Assembly: GCA_950097015.1 (NCBI GenBank) | Contig: CATNEN010000002.1 | Location: 6,944,001 to 7,008,000, forward strand | Direction: 5' to 3' | DNA: 64,000 nt | DNA from: Macrostomum hystrix | Taxonomy: Eukaryota; Animalia; Platyhelminthes | Shown here: positions 59,601 through 64,000 of the stretch, piece by piece | Numbering within the stretch: position 1 is the first letter of the stretch | Layout: every line of letters starts with the position of its first letter | Position numbers and translations under genes: made by a program | Notes under the pieces: generated by a model | Told to the model about the DNA's origin: nothing | What the model saw: only the letters and a program-made list of their open reading frames with translations | Database searches by the model: none

Positions 59601-62600
59601 ATGGAAGAACTGCCTAGCAATGGCCAAACAGAATTCCAACAGGGCTGCCTCTGCCTTCAGCCGCCTGACGCTGCTTTGAATGCAGACGACAACACGGCAG
59701 ACCCTGGCAACATCAGCTCAGAGGATGGCGGACTGCTAGACGAGACCTCCAGCTCCGACTTGGCTGTCGCAACCGGCGGTGCTGTTGCATTTGACGAAAA
59801 CTCGCCGCTGGCAAGTGCCACCGAGGAGGCCGCGGTGAGCCTGCAACCGGCTGACCGGATTGCCTTCTTCCGGCTCAGTCTGGGCAGTAGCGGCGGCGGA
59901 GGCGGAGGATGCGGCTTCAGCGATGCTGGCCTGCGAATGAATTTGACTGTGATTGGCCAGTCTGTGTCGGTGAGTAAATCTGGCTTGTCTGTCATCCTCC
60001 CTTTCAGGCCCTGTGTCATGTTTCTTATTAGGCTCATTATCTATCGTGCGTCCACATTCAACTCTTACTTCAGGTCACATTCAAATTCAGGCTACATTCA
60101 GAATCAGATTCTGCTTCAGGCAACATTCAGCTCCTCCTTCAGGCCACATTCATCTCCTCCTTCAGGCCACATTTAGCTCCTCCTTCAGGCCACATTCAGC
60201 CCTCCTTCAGACCACATTCAGCCCCTCCTTCAGGTCACATTCAGTTCCTCATTCAGGTCACATTGGCCACATTCAGCTACTCCTTCAGGTCACATTGGCC
60301 ACATTCAGCTCCTCCTTCAGGCCACATTCAGCTCCTCCTTCAGGTCACATTCAGCTACTCGTTCAGGTCAAATTTAGCTCCTCATTCGGGTCAAATTCAG
60401 CTCCTCCTTCAGGCCACATTCAGCTCCTCCTTCAGGCCACATTCAGCTCCTCCTTCAGGCCACATTCAGCTCCTCCTTCAGGTCACATTCAGCTACTCGT
60501 TCAGGTCACATTTACCTCTCATCTAGCTACTGTAAGTAGACAACGCAATTTCTTTAAATATCGATCCTTCTCAAAAACCCCTGACCACTCACAGGACACT
60601 TCGCCCACCTCGCCGCTGTCCGGCGACACAGTGTTTGTTGAATCTTCGGCTTTGTCGCCGCTGCAGCAGGCGCAGAGTCTGCCCCGTCGTCTGGAGATTT
60701 CCAGCCCGTCGGTTCGCCTGCTGGAGACTCGCAAAGAGGGCCTCGCCCGGGTGGCCGTCATCAAGAAGAGCCAGTCGACATCATCGGCTGCTGTCAAGGT
60801 GGCAAAGCCGGGTAGATTGAAGTCTCACCGACTGCTGCTGACTGGCCCGGATCTGCTGCTGTACAGAGGCAGCGGCGGCGGCGGCTCCACGGACAAAAGA
60901 CGTCGCCAGGCAGATGTCACCCTCAGCCTGGCTGCTGCCTATTGGATGGCGGTTCCAGGCAACGACAAGGCCCTGCACCTGCGCTGCGAGCTGTCGCAGG
61001 GTGGCCACGCGGCCGGTTCCAAAGACGCCGTGACTGACGACAAGCGGCAGCTGTTCGAGTGCCACATTCAGTGGGAAACTGTCGAGCTCAGGCGAGCTTG
61101 GGAGGCCGCACTGACCATGGCTAAGGACCTGCTGTTGAATAAGCAGTTCACCCAGCAGCAGCAGCAGCAGCCGGGCCATCTGGCGGGTCTCCAGCCGGCC
61201 AGGCAGACCATTGTTCAACGCTTGAACGATTTCTTTAGACGCCGTCCGGCTATTGATGAGCTAGAGAGGCGGGGCATTGTGCGCAGCGAGCCTGTGAGTC
61301 TTTGTAACTCAAATTTTCGTTGTATTGTCATTTATCTACTTCGTTAGATTTTTTTATTTTACCTGGTTTCTCAGAAGTAAAAATTCTTATCGCGAGTTCC
61401 TTAAAACTGATTTCCTAATCTTCCATTTCCTAATCATTCATTTCCTAAAAGTTCATTTCCTAAAAGTTCATTTCCTAATCACCGCCAGTTTTTTTACCGT
61501 GGTTTTTTTTATTCTAAAAATGTTCCAAAATTTTCTGGCAGCGTACTGTGGTTGAGCTGCGCCTAATATTTTAGGCTTGAGCAGTAAAATTAGAGAAATT
61601 CGCGTCATGGTGTCCATAGTGGCCTAGTTTCACCTGTTGTAGCCGGCAGTCCGTCTGTATAAAGGTGGGTGACCACCGAAGATGGAGATGATGCAGGCAC
61701 ATTCGGGTGACGTGCTGATAAAGTTTGAAGGCCTGGCAAGGTAGCACTGAGGCGCAGTGCCAATTCGTGTATTTGGGAAATACACTAGCGCTTATGGAAA
61801 AAATCTGACCTTAGTTTCGTGTGCAGCACAAATAATTGTCAGTGGGCGGAGATCCCACCCCTCGGTAGTTCTATTGTTAATCCTCGGCATTCTAATCTCG
61901 TCATCTCGCCAGGTGTTCGGCGCTTCCCTAGCTGATGTGTGCGCCCGAGACGGCGCCGACACGCCGTTGTTCCTTCGCCTCTGCATCGCCGCGCTGGAGT
62001 CTCGCGGCGGCCTCGAGACGGTCGGCCTCTACCGGGTTGGCGGCAACGCGGCCACCGTGCAGCGCCTTCGCCTGCTGGTTGACCAGTCGGCTGATTACGA
62101 TCTGAACCAGCCGCACTGGGATATCAACGTGTTGGCCTCAGCTCTGAAAACATTTCTGAGAGAGCTGCGGCAGCCTCTGTTGGGACCGGAGCTGTTCCAG
62201 GTACCAGGGACCTGAGGGTGTATAGCAACAGACTGAGTAGTTGGGGTAGCAACAGACTGAGTAGCTGGGGTAGCAACATACTGAGTAGCTGGGGTAGCAA
62301 CATACTGAGTAGTTGGGGTAGCAACAGACTGAGTAGTTGGGGTAGCAACAGACTGAGTAGTTGGGGTAGCAACAGACTGAGTAGTTGGGGTAGCAACAGA
62401 CTGAGTAGTTAGGGTAGCAACAGACTGAGTAGTTGGGGTAGCAACAGACTGAGTAGTTGGGGTAGCAACAGACTGAGTAGTTGGGGTAGCAACAGACTGA
62501 GTAGCTGGGGTAGCAACAGACTGAGTAGTTGGGGTAGCAACAGACTGAGTAGCTGGGGTAGCTACAAACTACAGAAAAAAACTACAAGCCCCCATTGTCA

Positions 62601-62942
62601 TGGAATGTCCCGCAGTCCGTGGCGCGGCACCACCAGTCGGGTGCAAAGCCCAGCATGCGTCGCGGCGCCATCTGGCAGGAGCTGCAGGCGGCTGCTGGCC
62701 TGCCCACAATGCGCCTGCTGTTCGGTCACCTGTATCGCGTGGTGCAGCACAGCGAGCGAAACCAGATGACTGCCAGGAACCTGGCTGTTGTGATTGGCCC
62801 GAACCTGCTGTGGCCAGCTGGGGCGTCTGCGGTGGCCTGCAGAACTGGCTGCGGACTGGCCACTGATCTCGCGCTGCAGACCGGCGTGGTCGAGTACCTG
62901 ATACTGGAGGCCAACTATCTGTTCGATTTGAGTAGGAATTAG
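59601..62942 (+). CDS. PH-RhoGAP of the ARHGAP9/12/15/27 family; exons 59601-59969, 60595-61293, 61913-62200, 62616-62942 (~560 aa)
   Basis: A PH-like region is followed by RLNDFFRRRPAIDELERRGIVRSEP|VFG, GLETVGLYRVGGN (arginine finger), WDINVLASALKTFLRELRQPL and NQMTARNLAVVIGPNLL. All junctions are phase 0. Further upstream exons cannot be excluded. Confidence 0.88.
60040..60510. repeat. 23-bp minisatellite CACATTCAGCTCCTCCTTCAGGC (RhoGAP intron 1)
   Basis: Tandem units are visible. Confidence 0.92.
62220..62562. repeat. 24-bp minisatellite GCAACAGACTGAGTAGTTGGGGTA (RhoGAP intron 3)
   Basis: Tandem units are visible. Confidence 0.95.
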
Positions 62943-63059
62943 ACTGACTGCGCTGATTACTATGCCAGTTCTCAATGTTAGTTGTCGGTATGTTATTCCT
63001 ATTTTGATCTATTCAGAACCTGAATGACTTATGGTCCATCCGCACTGTGAAGATGCTTC

Positions 63060-63520
63060 GAGTCCTTCAGGATCAACCTGTATGATCCTTCAGGACATTC
63101 AGGCTCACCCCACATCATCCTTCAAGCTGACCCCTTCCGATCCTTCATGTCCTTCAGGCTGACCCCATCAGATCCTTCAGGTCCTTCAGGCTGACCCCAT
63201 CAGATCCTTCAGGTCCTTCAGGCTGACCTCATCAGATCCTTCAGGTCCTTCAGGCTGACCCCATCAGATCCTTCAGGTCCTTCAGGCTGACCCCATCAGA
63301 TCCTTCAGGTCCTTCAGGCTGACCTCATCAGATCCTTCAGGTCCTTCAGGCTGACCCCATCAGATCCTTCAGGTCCTTCAGGCTGACCCCATCAGATCCT
63401 TCAGGTCCTTCAGGCTGACCTCATCAGATCTTTCAGGTCCTTCAGTCTGACCTCATCAGATGCTTCAGGTCCTTCAGGCAATCAGGCTGACCTCATCAGA
63501 TGCTTCAGGTCCTTCAGGCT
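63060..63520. repeat. 32-bp minisatellite CCTTCAGGTCCTTCAGGCTGACCCCATCAGAT
   Basis: Tandem units downstream of the RhoGAP stop. Confidence 0.92.
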
Positions 63521-64000
63521 CTCCATATCTGATCTAGTTCCTTCATGTCCCTCTGAGGTTTTCGAGTTTTTCTGCCACAGCATGGCCTCTATTTTGCGAT
63601 AGCAGAAGCAAGAATTGTGTATGCCAATCCTAATCCAGAATTATTTATATAAACTCATCGATAACTATGAGCAATAAAGGTGCAATACTAGCATAGTCAT
63701 TGTGCAGAGTTTTTTATTCTACACATTCACCCATGGATCTCTCCATTCAGTATATTCGCGTTGCGGTTTCATTTAAGCGGCAAGTTTTTCGTCTGTCAGT
63801 AGAGCAACGCAGCTTTTCAAAATCTGGCAGTATTTTTTCTCGCGCCGTATAAAAATTCATTTTTTGTGAACGCCCTTGTTGACTACTTTTAATTTTGTTT
63901 TGTCTCCGTATTGGAACACAGTTCTTATTCGGTTACTTTAGGTGAAGAAAGCTTTTTGTCTAGAAAAAGAAGAAAAATCGAATCGTTTCAAATACGCCTT

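Noticed and set aside
60013-60594. N-terminal half of the 444-aa ORF as coding
   Set aside because: It is the 23-bp intronic array; canonical splice sites at 59969 and 60595 join the real exons in phase.

Overview
Eukaryotic (metazoan) genomic DNA with GC-rich exons in AT-rich, minisatellite-filled introns. The style suggests a free-living flatworm such as Macrostomum (inference only). Seven host genes lie on the minus strand, reading from the right: an ERM protein (8 coding exons), BLOC1S2, UBE3D, DHFR, an intronless AMPA-type glutamate receptor, a divergent TAK1-like kinase with an MGNCC acylation motif, and SETD2 (runs off the left edge). On the plus strand are an ARHGAP9/12/15/27-family PH-RhoGAP, head-to-head with ERM, and two intact, intronless paralogues made of a retropepsin (LDTGA) domain plus an unrecognised ~120-aa helical domain. 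These two paralogues sit in an old ~6-kb tandem duplication that also copied a BLOC1S2 exon fragment and the last ERM exon. Mobile DNA includes a decayed Ty3/Gypsy (LTR, tRNA-Leu PBS, gag), a mariner relic, a MULE with TIRs and TSD, five copies of a tRNA-derived SINE, a LINE 3' end and several MITEs, one only 56 bp long. About 20 minisatellites are present, five with unrelated 23-bp units. Best novelty candidates: the stand-alone retropepsin pair, the duplicated ERM terminal exon, a possible trans-spliced operon (BLOC1S2-UBE3D), the kinase's out-of-frame C-terminal extension, and the altered SYTANLAAF gate of the glutamate receptor. All exon structures were read by eye; no database searches were run.
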